In this document: piece by piece, positions 36,310 through 48,202 of the stretch | Layout of the letters: each line of letters begins with the position of its first letter | Numbering within the stretch: position 1 is the stretch's first letter | NCBI GenBank assembly: GCA_035542455.1 | Contig: DATKLI010000066.1 | Coordinates: 2,870 to 66,869 of the forward strand | Source of the DNA: Thermoanaerobaculaceae bacterium | GTDB lineage: Bacteria > Acidobacteriota > Thermoanaerobaculia > Thermoanaerobaculales > Thermoanaerobaculaceae | Reading direction: 5' to 3' | DNA length: 64,000 bases | Notes under the pieces: generated by a model | What the model saw: only the letters and a program-made list of their open reading frames with translations | Told to the model about the DNA's origin: nothing | Database searches by the model: none | Translations under genes and position numbers: made by a program

Positions 36310-37206
36310 CTAGCAGGTCCGGCCGGCGGTGCCTTCCTCGCGCAACACCAGCGTCACGCCCGCGAGGATGACGGCCGTGCCCGCGAGCATGGTGGCCGTC
36401 ACCGGCTCGTGGAGCAGCAGCGCGCCCAGGATCACGGCGATGACGGGGTTGACGTACGTCGAGGTCGAGACCCGTGTCGCCCCCCAGTGCTGGAGCAGGT
36501 AGAAGTACGCCGCGAACGCGACCACCGACCCGAACACCACGAGGTATCCGAGCGCGGCCAGGGCCCGCGGGGTCACCGGGCCGACGACGGCGCGCCCGGT
36601 GAGCGCGGCCGTCGCGAGCAGGATCGGGGCGCCCGCCGCCATGTGCGCGACCGAGAGCGCCATCGGGTCGTAGCGGCCGCGGATCCGGCGCACCCACAGC
36701 GACCCGGCCGCCCACGTCACGACCGAGAGCTCCACCACGAGGGCGGCCGCGATGTCCACGGCGCCCGCGCGCCACGGCTCGAACAGGATCGCCGTCCCCA
36801 CGAACCCGGCGCCGATACCGGCCCATCCGAGCGCTCCGGGGCGTCGCTCGCCGGGCACGAGCGGGGACAGCGCCGCCGTGCCGAGCGGGCTCGTCGTCAG
36901 GATCAGCGCGGTGAACCCGGAGCCGAGCCGCGTCTCCCCCCAGAACACCATCCCGTTCGAGAGCGCGATGAACAGCACCCCGATCCCGAACGCCGGCCAC
37001 CAGCGCGAGAAAGGCCCCGGGAACGTCACGCCGCGCCACCTCGCCACCGAGTACGTGACCCCGCCGGCGAGCAGGTAGCGCACCCCCGCGAAGAAGAACG
37101 GGTCGAAGCTCTCAAGCCCGACCTTGATCGCGAGGTACGTGCTCCCCCAGATCACGCAGATCGCCGCGTACGCGGCGGCCGGCCCCCACCGGGACGGCTC
37201 AGGCAT
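36310..37206 (-). CDS. EamA/DMT-family transporter
   Basis: 298-aa, 10-TM-like ORF with duplicated EamA halves (WGSTYLAIK...). Confidence 0.8.
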   Translation of the reverse strand: MPEPSRWGPAAAYAAICVIWGSTYLAIKVGLESFDPFFFAGVRYLLAGGVTYSVARWRGVTFPGPFSRWWPAFGIGVLFIALSNGMVFWGETRLGSGFTALILTTSPLGTAALSPLVPGERRPGALGWAGIGAGFVGTAILFEPWRAGAVDIAAALVVELSVVTWAAGSLWVRRIRGRYDPMALSVAHMAAGAPILLATAALTGRAVVGPVTPRALAALGYLVVFGSVVAFAAYFYLLQHWGATRVSTSTYVNPVIAVILGALLLHEPVTATMLAGTAVILAGVTLVLREEGTAGRTC

Positions 37207-37325
37207 GGCGCGCAGGGTATCAGGACGCCGCGCAGCGGGCCGATGTTGAGAGCGCCCCGGGGCCGGCGATCTCCCGGCCCCTTGGCGTCGGCGACCCGCT
37301 CGTGGTATCGTTCGCGACCCGGAGA

Positions 37326-37401
37326 GCCAACGTAGCTCAGCCGGTAGAGCAGCTGATTCGTAATCAGCAGGTCCGCGGTTCGATCCCGCGCGTTGGCTCC
37401 A
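37326..37401 (+). tRNA. tRNA-Thr (anticodon CGT), CCA encoded
   Basis: Manual cloverleaf: acceptor GCCAACG/CGTTGGC, D-arm GCTC-AGCCGGTA-GAGC, anticodon arm GCTGA-TTCGTAA-TCAGC, T-arm CGCGG-TTCGATC-CCGCG, then discriminator T and CCA. Confidence 0.9.
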
Positions 37402-37543
37402 ATCCTTTCAATAACTCAGCGTGCCGCGCCCCGCGCTTTGGGGACAGTAGTCACACAATAGTCACACCGGCCTTCAAATTCGCCCCGGCCAAACCCGCAG
37501 GGTTCGACGCCGAGTTGATGGTCCCGTAATCAGACCTGCGGCC

Positions 37544-37708
37544 TCAGTTCTCCTTCCGGAGAGTCCTCTCGCAACGGGCACGGACAAGCACCTGAGCGTC
37601 ACGTTGAGGTAGGTGGAGGTGCGCGGCCTCAAGGGGTTCCAGCTCGCGCGTCGGGCCGCCGCACCACCGGCAGCGGGGCGGGGTGACTTTCAGTAGCGGC
37701 TCGGTCAC
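37544..37708 (-). CDS. Unannotated 54-aa zinc-ribbon-like small protein (paralog 1, second CxxC degenerate)
   Basis: Below the ORF-track cutoff. My translation is MTEPLLKVTPPRCRWCGGPTRELEPLEAAHLHLPQRDAQVLVRARCERTLRKEN. It shares 30/54 residues and the same length with the ORF at 51046..51210. No obvious SD. Confidence 0.5.
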   Translation of the reverse strand: MTEPLLKVTPPRCRWCGGPTRELEPLEAAHLHLPQRDAQVLVRARCERTLRKEN

Positions 37709-38156
37709 AGAGGGAGCGTAGCACTGGCCCGCTTTGCCCCAGAACGCAGCAATAGAGTGGGGCCTGGAGATGATCTCCCCCCGGGAGGGGTAAGGTATCG
37801 GGCCGGGAGAAATCGGGTCAGAAACAGCCCGTACGGGACGCGCCAGCAGACAATAGCCCTCTTGGGGTACCCAGGGTCCGTTGCCCCCCAGCGGGCCTTC
37901 ACTTGGCCATCAACCGCCTGTCCTATTCGACCGGTGTTTCTCGATCCGGTTTGGGTGCAGTGGGCTGGGGTCTATCCCCTCCACACTCACCGCCGACGCA
38001 CTGGCCGGTGTGCCGCTGAAACGCGGGGCTAGCCGGCGGAGAGACGATACCCATGAGGAAACTCGAGCACCCGAGCCCGATCGACCGCATCGGACGGGCA
38101 CTTCAAGCTCGAACCTGCGCCGCGACGCGGTTGGCCGAGGCCCCTCCTCGTCAACG

Positions 38157-39101
38157 CTACGGTCCCGAGCAGCTTGGAGGACACGGAAAGTCGCTCCTCA
38201 GGGCCCCACCCACTGATCCAGGAATGACCGCCACAAACTCCGGATCGTTGAGCGGCGAGTAGATCATGGACGCATAGGTGAAGTAGGGAGCCTCGGGATC
38301 GTCCGCCTGAACTTCGAAAACGTGTGGGCCAGCGTAGCCACCGCCCGCGTAGACCGGCCAACAGCCACTAGCATAGGTGCACCAGACCAGCTTGGAGAAG
38401 ATGTCATCGACCTGGTGCCATCCCCAAGGTGGCAGGACCACCACGAGCGGCTGGAGAGCGATGGCGTCGAGCCAGAAGCGCGGGTCCTGAACACCCTGGC
38501 TGTTGGTCGCCATCAGGACCCGCGACGGAAAGACCCGCAGCGTGACTTGGTTCGCACTCGGGTTTACGAATCCCACGCTCATTCGGAACGAGCCTTCCCC
38601 CGCCGTCGACCATGGGATCGTGACGGGGCCGATGAACGGTGCGGACGACCCAGGCGTCAGTTGGCCGCTCCCGAGGAGCGCCGCCCCCTGCGCACCCTGG
38701 CTGTTGACGTTGTGAAGATACACGGCCACGCTCCCTGGGATATCCAACGCAACCGCCGCGTGTGCGGCGCTTACTCCCTGGAGCAGGTCGCTGCCCTTCA
38801 GCACGATCATCCGCGCCTGGTCTCGTGATGACAAAGCCGGAAAACTCCACGCCGGGGCTGTGCCCGGATCGTCGACAAACCCCCCACCCTCTACGGCAAC
38901 CCACAGACGCCGCACGACTATGTCCTGCTGGAGCGACAAGAGCAGGATTCTGACCTCGCTGTCCCAAAAGCTGCCGTTGAGGCCGCGTGTGCCCTTCACC
39001 ACAACAGGCAGAACATACGTCGTCGCTGGGGCGGATGCGGCGCTCGCCACTAGGAGCACGAGTGCCACCGCGACGCTGCTCCTCAGGCGACCGGTGCTCA
39101 C
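38157..39101 (-). CDS. Hypothetical secreted protein (two beta-rich modules)
   Basis: GTG at 39101 with TAGGAGG 5-6 nt upstream. Signal peptide VAVALVLLVASAASA. The YVLPVVVKGTRGLNGSFWDSEVRI opening resembles uncharacterised secreted families of soil bacteria. Lower GC. Confidence 0.7.
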   Translation of the reverse strand: MSTGRLRSSVAVALVLLVASAASAPATTYVLPVVVKGTRGLNGSFWDSEVRILLLSLQQDIVVRRLWVAVEGGGFVDDPGTAPAWSFPALSSRDQARMIVLKGSDLLQGVSAAHAAVALDIPGSVAVYLHNVNSQGAQGAALLGSGQLTPGSSAPFIGPVTIPWSTAGEGSFRMSVGFVNPSANQVTLRVFPSRVLMATNSQGVQDPRFWLDAIALQPLVVVLPPWGWHQVDDIFSKLVWCTYASGCWPVYAGGGYAGPHVFEVQADDPEAPYFTYASMIYSPLNDPEFVAVIPGSVGGALRSDFPCPPSCSGP

Positions 39102-39122
39102 CGTGACCTCCTACGGCGCAGT

Positions 39123-39428
39123 CTACACGCATTGCGCGAAGTCCTGGTTCGGCCCTTTGTCATCCAACCCCGGAACAGGGTTTCCGTTGATCCCCTCGTA
39201 GACGATCTCGATCGTGAAGCTGTTCCCGGCGAAATCACTCGGCTCTTTCCGAATGAACAACACATTGCTGTCCTGACTAGGAACGTCACCCTCGTCCCGA
39301 ACCGTGTAACCCTGCAGATCTGAGAAGTTCGAGTAGCAGAAATATGTGCTGTTGTACAGGAACATGAATAGGCTGTTCACGTAGCTCTCGCGTGCACCTG
39401 CCTGTCCAAAGCGATCCATGAAGACCAT
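39123..39428 (-). CDS. Hypothetical small protein upstream of the secreted protein
   Basis: The low-GC coding-like part of ORF 39123..39602 starts at ATG 39428 (MVFMDRFGQAGARESYVNSLFMFLYNSTYFCYSNF...). The start is uncertain. Confidence 0.4.
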   Translation of the reverse strand: MVFMDRFGQAGARESYVNSLFMFLYNSTYFCYSNFSDLQGYTVRDEGDVPSQDSNVLFIRKEPSDFAGNSFTIEIVYEGINGNPVPGLDDKGPNQDFAQCV

Positions 39429-39626
39429 TACCGCCACCACGTCCTTGTTCGCGTTGGCTCGTGTTAGACCGACTCTCGACGAGGATTCCCCAGGCGCCAA
39501 GCGCGCCGCCCCGTCGGGCAGGGTGCTTGCCCCGCGTCCATCGGGATGTCCCAGGACATCTGGCACTGCCCGCAGTGGCGTGCCACACTCTCGCCAGGCC
39601 ACGAGCCTGAGGAGGGGTCTCGGGCA

Positions 39627-40466
39627 ATGCCGGGTCGGACAGTTAGCCGCACCGCTCTAGGTACTGCCTACGTGCGGGCGGCGCACCAGTTGCTCGACGC
39701 ATCACCCCACATCCTCGAGGACCCCCTCGCTGTGACGATCCTGGGGCCGGCTGGTGTCCAGAGAATCTATGACTCCGCCGAGAGCTACCAAACCGCCCAG
39801 CGGAGAGCTCTGCGCGCCCACATCGTCCTAAGATCCCGGTTCGCCGAAGACCGACTCGCCGCGTCCCTCCTGCGGGGCGTCACCCAGTACGTCATTCTGG
39901 GCGCCGGCTTCGACACCTTCGCCCTTCGGATGCCGTCCTGGGCCCACTCCCTGCAGGTTGTTGAGGTCGATCATGCCGCGACCCAGGAAGTGAAACGCTC
40001 CCGGATCGTTGCCACCGGGCTGGCGGTTCCCAAGAACGTCCACTTCGCCGCGATCGACTTCGAGCAGGAATCCCTCTGTGACAGCCTACGGAGGAACGCG
40101 GTAGCGATGGACACCCCGACCTTCTTCTCCTGGCTCGGCGTGACGATGTACCTCACTCAGGAGGCGATCGATGCCACGCTTCGGTGTCTCGGGTCCTTCC
40201 CCCTGGGCAGTGAGGTTGTGCTGACGTTCGCCCCTCCGTCTACGGGTGCTCCCTCGCCATTCAGCCAAGCGGCCGACGGCGTCGGCGAGTCGTGGATCAG
40301 CCACTTCGAGCCGGAAGCGCTGAAGGAGAGGCTCCAGAGCGCACGCTTCTCTCTGGTCGAGTTTCTCCTGCCCGCAGAAGCTAACGCAAGGTACTTTCGA
40401 CAGCGTCCCCAGGATCTCCCACCGCCGACAAGAACGAACATTGTGACGGCTGTGCGTGCGCCCTAG
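39627..40466 (+). CDS. Class I SAM-dependent methyltransferase (LCMT / TIGR00027-like O-methyltransferase family)
   Basis: Internal ATG at 39627 (MPGRTVSRTALGTAYVRA). VILGAGFDT SAM motif and FSWLGVTMYL. Confidence 0.75.
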   Translation: MPGRTVSRTALGTAYVRAAHQLLDASPHILEDPLAVTILGPAGVQRIYDSAESYQTAQRRALRAHIVLRSRFAEDRLAASLLRGVTQYVILGAGFDTFALRMPSWAHSLQVVEVDHAATQEVKRSRIVATGLAVPKNVHFAAIDFEQESLCDSLRRNAVAMDTPTFFSWLGVTMYLTQEAIDATLRCLGSFPLGSEVVLTFAPPSTGAPSPFSQAADGVGESWISHFEPEALKERLQSARFSLVEFLLPAEANARYFRQRPQDLPPPTRTNIVTAVRAP

Positions 40467-40830
40467 TTGCTGGAGCGCGCTCAAGGTCTGGGCCCGACTC
40501 CGGTGGACCCACAGGCCACCAACGGATGGCACAGCCCAATCGGAGGGCAGCTACTGACACCCGAGACGACCATGCTCTGGCCGCCTAGCTCGGGTTTGCC
40601 CCGCCAGGCGGCGGGCACGAGTGAACTCGGTAGGACCACATACCGCAACCGGGGCTAAGTCACAGCCGAGCCGATCCCGAGCAACATGGCCAAGCTGAGA
40701 GTCGGAGTTGGGGCCCTTGACCCGCCACCTGGCTGCGCTCCGCCTCTTCGGGCTCCGCTCCGCCTGGTGGCAACCCTGGGAGGACTAAAATAGGGACTGG
40801 TACCACAACTGGGGGCAGGTCAGGTGCCGG

Positions 40831-43491
<2,661 letters not shown>

Positions 43492-43525
43492 TGAGGCGCT
43501 GCCCTCTTGGCTGAGATTCTACCCC
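43492..43525 (-). promoter_or_regulatory. Conserved kinase leader block (GGTAGAATCTCA...AGAGGG...CCTCA-ATG), copy 1
   Basis: The minus-strand reading GGGGTAGAATCTCAGCCAAGAGGGCAGCGCCTCA-ATG aligns with the blocks upstream of the other two kinases. TAGAAT is -10-like and AGAGGG is SD-like. Confidence 0.45.
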
Positions 43526-43608
43526 TCGCCCGGCTCTCCGGGGTGGGTCAAAGGCCTCAGCTTTGACCTTCTCCTTGAACTCGTTTCCGATGGAAAGGTG
43601 ACGCGGCC

Positions 43609-44307
43609 TCACCTGCCGTTCTCAAAGGTCAGAGTTGACCGCGTGCTTGCCGGGAGGCGGAACAGGATGACCACCCCTCCGACCCGCACCTGGTCGCCGT
43701 GGTGCAGCGTCCTGGGTGCCGTAATGCGGTCCTGGCCCACGAATGTGCCATTCTTGCTTCCGATATCCTCAATCGTCGCGCCCCCGGCGCTCACGACGAT
43801 ACGACAATGGTGGCGGGAGCCCCCCTCGTAGTCGACGTGAACCGCGGCATCGCTCGCACGACCGACCACGTGCACCCCTTCCCCGAGCGGGATCCGCCGT
43901 CCCGCAACGAACAGGACGCAGGCCACGGACGCATCATCCGGGGAAGCGCCGGCTGCGGGCTCGACGGGCGCAATCACCCGGTAGCCACGTTTCGGAACGG
44001 TCTCGATGAAGCGGGGGACGCGGGCGTCATCGTCGAGAGCCGTCCTCAACTCGGCCACCAGCCCGTTCAGCGCCGACTCGGCCATGAACTTCTTCGCCCA
44101 AAGACCCTCGAGGATCTCCTCTTTCGGGACCACCTCCCCTGCGCGCTTGCCCAGGAGGACGAGGAGGTCCATCAGCTTCGGGCGGAGGTGCCTCTCGATC
44201 TCGCCGCGCCTGATGCGGTTCGATGGCGGCTCGACCAGCCACTCGCCGAGACGGAAGTTGCGTGCGCTCTCCGCCACCCAGACCCCCTTGGATTCGCTCA
44301 TGCCCAT
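43609..44307 (-). CDS. Winged-helix (OmpR/CadC-type Trans_reg_C) DNA-binding domain fused to an FHA domain
   Basis: wHTH: RLGEWLVEPPSNRI...LRPKLMDLLVLL...IETVPKRGYRV. FHA: VVGRASDAAVHVDYEGGSRHHCRI...DIGSKNGTFVG...GDQVRVGG. The start may be ATG 44307, ATG 44301 or TTG 44325. Confidence 0.8.
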   Translation of the reverse strand: MGMSESKGVWVAESARNFRLGEWLVEPPSNRIRRGEIERHLRPKLMDLLVLLGKRAGEVVPKEEILEGLWAKKFMAESALNGLVAELRTALDDDARVPRFIETVPKRGYRVIAPVEPAAGASPDDASVACVLFVAGRRIPLGEGVHVVGRASDAAVHVDYEGGSRHHCRIVVSAGGATIEDIGSKNGTFVGQDRITAPRTLHHGDQVRVGGVVILFRLPASTRSTLTFENGR

Positions 44308-44437
44308 GATAGGACCTGGCGGCAACGACCGAGAGCCGCGACGCTACAGGTTCCAGCTTCGGAGCAGACGCGTGGCCACCATCAGGACGGTGGAGCATGC
44401 GGGACCTCGCGCCCAACCGCAGCGCAGTCGGAGGGCT

Positions 44438-45061
44438 CTATCGGCCGCAGTTCGCAGCAACGAGCGTGTTGATCTCAGCAGAGGTGAGAGCCGTCGGGTC
44501 AGGGGGCCGCTCTCGCAGGCCCCCGAGGTGGAGCGTTTCGTGGATGAGGATGAGGGCGGCCGCGCGGACGGGAAGCTCCCCGAACCTCGGGCACAGGCGG
44601 ATCACCCGACCCCTGACCTCTGTGACCGCAACGGCGCACCCGGCGCACACGTCTCGATCCCGACTCGTGGATGACGGGGCGAAGATCGCCTGCCCCAGAA
44701 GCCGGGGGCCCAGCGCGCCGAGGTTCGTGAAGAGCTCACCGCATTGCGCGTTCGTCCGGAGCCTCTCCTGCGCCATTCTGTAGGCGGAGCCGAGGGCGAC
44801 CCAAACGGGAGAGGGGAGGTTCCCAGCGATGCTGGGCAGGCTCGACCGATCGGCGGCCGCATGTCCCCGGCCATCGCTGCGACCCACATCGAAGGCTGCG
44901 CCTGAAGCACCGTTCCGTTGCCCCTCTCGACGTGTGTTCGCTGTCGGACCCTGGGCCAGTGCTGTTCCCGCGAGCCCAAGACTCACGACGAGGGTCGAAA
45001 GAAGACCCCGGAGGACAGCCCCGCCCCGGCCCGAATTCGCGCGCTGACGGTTGCTGGCCAT
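44438..45061 (-). CDS. Hypothetical secreted protein with HExxH motif (putative zinc metallopeptidase-like)
   Basis: Signal-like LLSTLVVSLGLAGTALAQG. C-terminal ILIHETLHLGG (HExxH) and four Cys. Confidence 0.55.
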   Translation of the reverse strand: MASNRQRANSGRGGAVLRGLLSTLVVSLGLAGTALAQGPTANTRREGQRNGASGAAFDVGRSDGRGHAAADRSSLPSIAGNLPSPVWVALGSAYRMAQERLRTNAQCGELFTNLGALGPRLLGQAIFAPSSTSRDRDVCAGCAVAVTEVRGRVIRLCPRFGELPVRAAALILIHETLHLGGLRERPPDPTALTSAEINTLVAANCGR

Positions 45062-45351
45062 CCCGACGCCCTCCTGCGAGCAGCGTCGGGGCCGGGGGAG
45101 CCGAAGTCCTCAGGAAGTTCTCGGATCGAGGCGAGAGAAACCCCAGGGTTTCCCTCGAACTCCTTTCCGGGCGGTGGAGGACGATGACGCGCCAACCTCG
45201 AGGGGACCGTGACGAGGGCGGCGTATGCCGGGCGGTTCCTCCCCGAGGGGTGTCTCAACCCAGCACGGAGGCTTCCGGATGAAGACACCGGGGTGCAGGG
45301 CCCGCGCGCGGTTCACTCCCCATGTGGAGCTCGGGCCTGAGTGAGATCCAT

Positions 45352-47973
45352 CTAATCCTTGATCGCGTACTTCGCGAGCAACGCCTGGAACCGCGCATCG
45401 GAACGGAGCGGGTCCCACCGTGGCTCGAGACGGAGGAAGTTGACGGTGTAATACCCGCTGGCCGCCAGGAGGCGGTCGAGGGTCGCGACCGCCTCGCTGG
45501 GCTGGCCGACCGTCGCATAGACCTCGGCCAGGTCCTCGAGACGCTGGAGGGCTTCCCAGGCGTCTCTCGTGGGCGGCATCAGTTCGCAGGCGAGCCTCGC
45601 CTCGCGCACCGCCGGCTCAACCCGACCCAGGCCCGCATACGCGAGACCGAGTAGGCTGTGGGAACCGGCTTCGGCGGGGTCCGCCACGGTCTTCGGCTCG
45701 GACTCGAGCGCCACCGCTTCGAAGGTACGGCGCGCCTGGTCACGCTCGCCCTCGAGCTGCAGAACCTGTGCGCGAAGGAGGAGGCCCCTTCCGATGAAAT
45801 ACTGCTCAACCGAGGGGAGGCCAAGGAGAGTATCGAGGTGTCGCAGCGCTCCCGGATAGTCTCTTCGGCACATGGCGAACCACGCCAGGACGTACACGGG
45901 CCCTACCCTGAGGCCACCTGTTCGCTCGCGTGCCTCGAGAATCGCCACCCCCTTCTTGAGGTCGCCGCGCCACAGGACGTGCAGCCACGCCCTATTGATA
46001 TACGGGTTGCCCCACTCCGGGCTCAACGCGATGGCCTCTTCCAGGGCACGGTCGGCATCGGCGTACCGTCGCGCGTGGAGGCAGCTGACTCCGAAGTCGT
46101 TCAGCAACTCGGGGTCCTTGGGATCGAACCTGAGCGCAGCGTCCACCGCGTCTGCCGCCTCGGCCCAGTGGGCCTGACGGCGTAGGACGCATCCGGTCCC
46201 GTAGAGCGCGTCGCGATCGTTCGGCTGGATTGCCCGCGCGGCGGCGAATTCTCTGAGCGCCTGTTGATAGTCACGCAGGCCTGAGTAGAGGTACCAGCCC
46301 ATGCCAACGTGCGTTTCGACAAGGTCGGGGCGGAGGGCCAGCGCCCGTTCGGCAGCCACTTTCGCTTTCTCGAGCCGTGGCTGGGTCCTATCCCCGCCCC
46401 TTTCGTACATGTCGGCGTGCAAACCCGCGAGCGAGGCGAGCGCCTGTGCAAAGCGAGGGTCACGATCGACCGCCGCCTGGTACATCGGGAGCGCGGTCTC
46501 CGTGTTGCCACCGCGGTGCTCGAGGGCCTTCCCTCGGAGGTAGAGACTGTAGGCTTCGGTGTCGCTGGTTGCGACCTCCTGGAGCGCTGCTCGTTCTCGA
46601 GGCAGCAGCACAAGGCCCATCGCCTTCACGGCGCTTTCCGCCACCTCCGACTGGATTGAGAACACGTCCGTGAGGGGACGCTCGTAGCGGTCGGCCCACA
46701 CGTGGGTGTCGTCGGCGACCCGGATGAGCTGCGGCGTGACGCGCACCCGGCTCTCCCGCCCCTTCTCGTGCTCCCAGCGCACGCTGCCCTCGAGGACGTA
46801 GTCGACCCCGAGGTCGGCACCAATTTGCCTGACCGTCTTGCCCTTGCGTTCGTACTCGAAGGCGGACGTGCGCGAGATAACGCCCAGGTCATGCACGTTC
46901 GCGAGCCGACTGGTGATCTCCTCGGCCATGCCCGAGGCGAAGTAGGCATCGTCCGGCGGACCCAGGTTCTCGAACGGCAAGACGACGATCCTCGTCAACC
47001 CGCGCGGGGCGGTGGGGAGGGCTTTCCGCCCAAGCTTCCCTACCAGCAGGACGATCAAGGTGGCGGCGACGGCGACCCCGACCCCGGCTCCAGCCAGCCG
47101 CCACCGCCCCGCGGGACTGTGCCGCTCGCGTGGGGTCACCTGCTCGGTCGCCTCGAGGGCGAGGGCAACGTCATGCGCACTCGCGAAGCGATCCTCCGGG
47201 TGCTTCTCGAGGCAGCGTCGAACTACCGCAGCAAGCACCCGTGGGATCTTGGGTGGGAGCGGCAGTGGATCTTCTCTCAGGATTGCAGCCATCACATCGC
47301 CAGTCGTTTCGCCCGGGAAAGGGCGGTCCCCCGAGAGCATCTCGTAGAGCACGCCCCCGAGCGAAAAGACGTCGCTTCTCTCGTCCGTCGGCTGCCCTCG
47401 CACCTGCTCGGGTGCCATGTACCCGGCTGTTCCCACGACCTGCCCCGTCGTCGTCGACGAGGCGGCAGCCTCCGTGGAGAGCTCCGTGGCGCCGTGCTTC
47501 AGGGCCAGCTTGGCCAGCCCGAAGTCGAGCAGCTTGACCTGACCTTCCCCTCCCAGGAAGACATTCGAGGGCTTGAGATCGCGATGGATGATCCCTTTCG
47601 AGTGCGCCGCCGCGAGCGCGCGCGCGACCTGGATGCCGATTGCGATGGCTGTGCCGACCGGAATTCCGTCGCCCTCGAGACGGTCCCGTAGTGATTCGCC
47701 CTCGAGCAGCTCGGTGACGAGGTACGGCGCGCCCTCGTGGCTGCCCACGTCGTGGATCGCCAGGATGTTGGGGTGGTCGAGCGCCGCGACGGCCCGCGCT
47801 TCCTGCTCGAAGCGGCGCAGCCGGCCGGGATCGCCCGCATACTCCGCCGGCAGCACCTTGATCGCGACGTCGCGCCCGAGGCGCGTGTCGCGGGCTCGAT
47901 AGACCTCCCCCATCCCGCCTGCACCGACCAGGCTGATGATCTCGAAGTGGGCGATCCGGCTGCCCGGCTGCAT
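45352..47973 (-). CDS. Hanks-type Ser/Thr protein kinase with TM, TolB-N-like module and TPR C-terminus (paralog 2)
   Basis: The first 44 residues are identical to paralog 1. HRDLKPSNVF, DFGLAK and YMAPEQ, with the same downstream architecture. Confidence 0.9.
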   Translation of the reverse strand: MQPGSRIAHFEIISLVGAGGMGEVYRARDTRLGRDVAIKVLPAEYAGDPGRLRRFEQEARAVAALDHPNILAIHDVGSHEGAPYLVTELLEGESLRDRLEGDGIPVGTAIAIGIQVARALAAAHSKGIIHRDLKPSNVFLGGEGQVKLLDFGLAKLALKHGATELSTEAAASSTTTGQVVGTAGYMAPEQVRGQPTDERSDVFSLGGVLYEMLSGDRPFPGETTGDVMAAILREDPLPLPPKIPRVLAAVVRRCLEKHPEDRFASAHDVALALEATEQVTPRERHSPAGRWRLAGAGVGVAVAATLIVLLVGKLGRKALPTAPRGLTRIVVLPFENLGPPDDAYFASGMAEEITSRLANVHDLGVISRTSAFEYERKGKTVRQIGADLGVDYVLEGSVRWEHEKGRESRVRVTPQLIRVADDTHVWADRYERPLTDVFSIQSEVAESAVKAMGLVLLPRERAALQEVATSDTEAYSLYLRGKALEHRGGNTETALPMYQAAVDRDPRFAQALASLAGLHADMYERGGDRTQPRLEKAKVAAERALALRPDLVETHVGMGWYLYSGLRDYQQALREFAAARAIQPNDRDALYGTGCVLRRQAHWAEAADAVDAALRFDPKDPELLNDFGVSCLHARRYADADRALEEAIALSPEWGNPYINRAWLHVLWRGDLKKGVAILEARERTGGLRVGPVYVLAWFAMCRRDYPGALRHLDTLLGLPSVEQYFIGRGLLLRAQVLQLEGERDQARRTFEAVALESEPKTVADPAEAGSHSLLGLAYAGLGRVEPAVREARLACELMPPTRDAWEALQRLEDLAEVYATVGQPSEAVATLDRLLAASGYYTVNFLRLEPRWDPLRSDARFQALLAKYAIKD

Positions 47974-48007
47974 TGAGGTGCTGTCCTCTTGGTTGAGATC
48001 TTACCGT
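47974..48007 (-). promoter_or_regulatory. Conserved kinase leader block, copy 2
   Basis: Minus-strand reading: ACGGTAAGATCTCAACCAAGAGGACAGCACCTCA-ATG. Confidence 0.45.
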
Positions 48008-48202
48008 CTATATCAAGGTCCGGCGAAACTCGCTGACACGATGCCCACTCGGCAGAGTTCCGCCTTGCCTCGGGCCTTGCCACTAGCGCCACCAGCGCCT
48101 CGCCCTGCGCCGGGTGCCCTGCGGCCGTTCGCTCACGGCTACTATGGGCGGGGGACGACCCGGAGACAGGGAGCGGCCTGGCGCAGCGCCAAGGAGGCTT
48201 CG

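Noticed and set aside
37402-37543. Integrase gene or att repeat next to tRNA-Thr
   Set aside because: There is no integrase- or recombinase-like ORF on either strand. I could not find a repeat of the tRNA 3' end within the window by eye.
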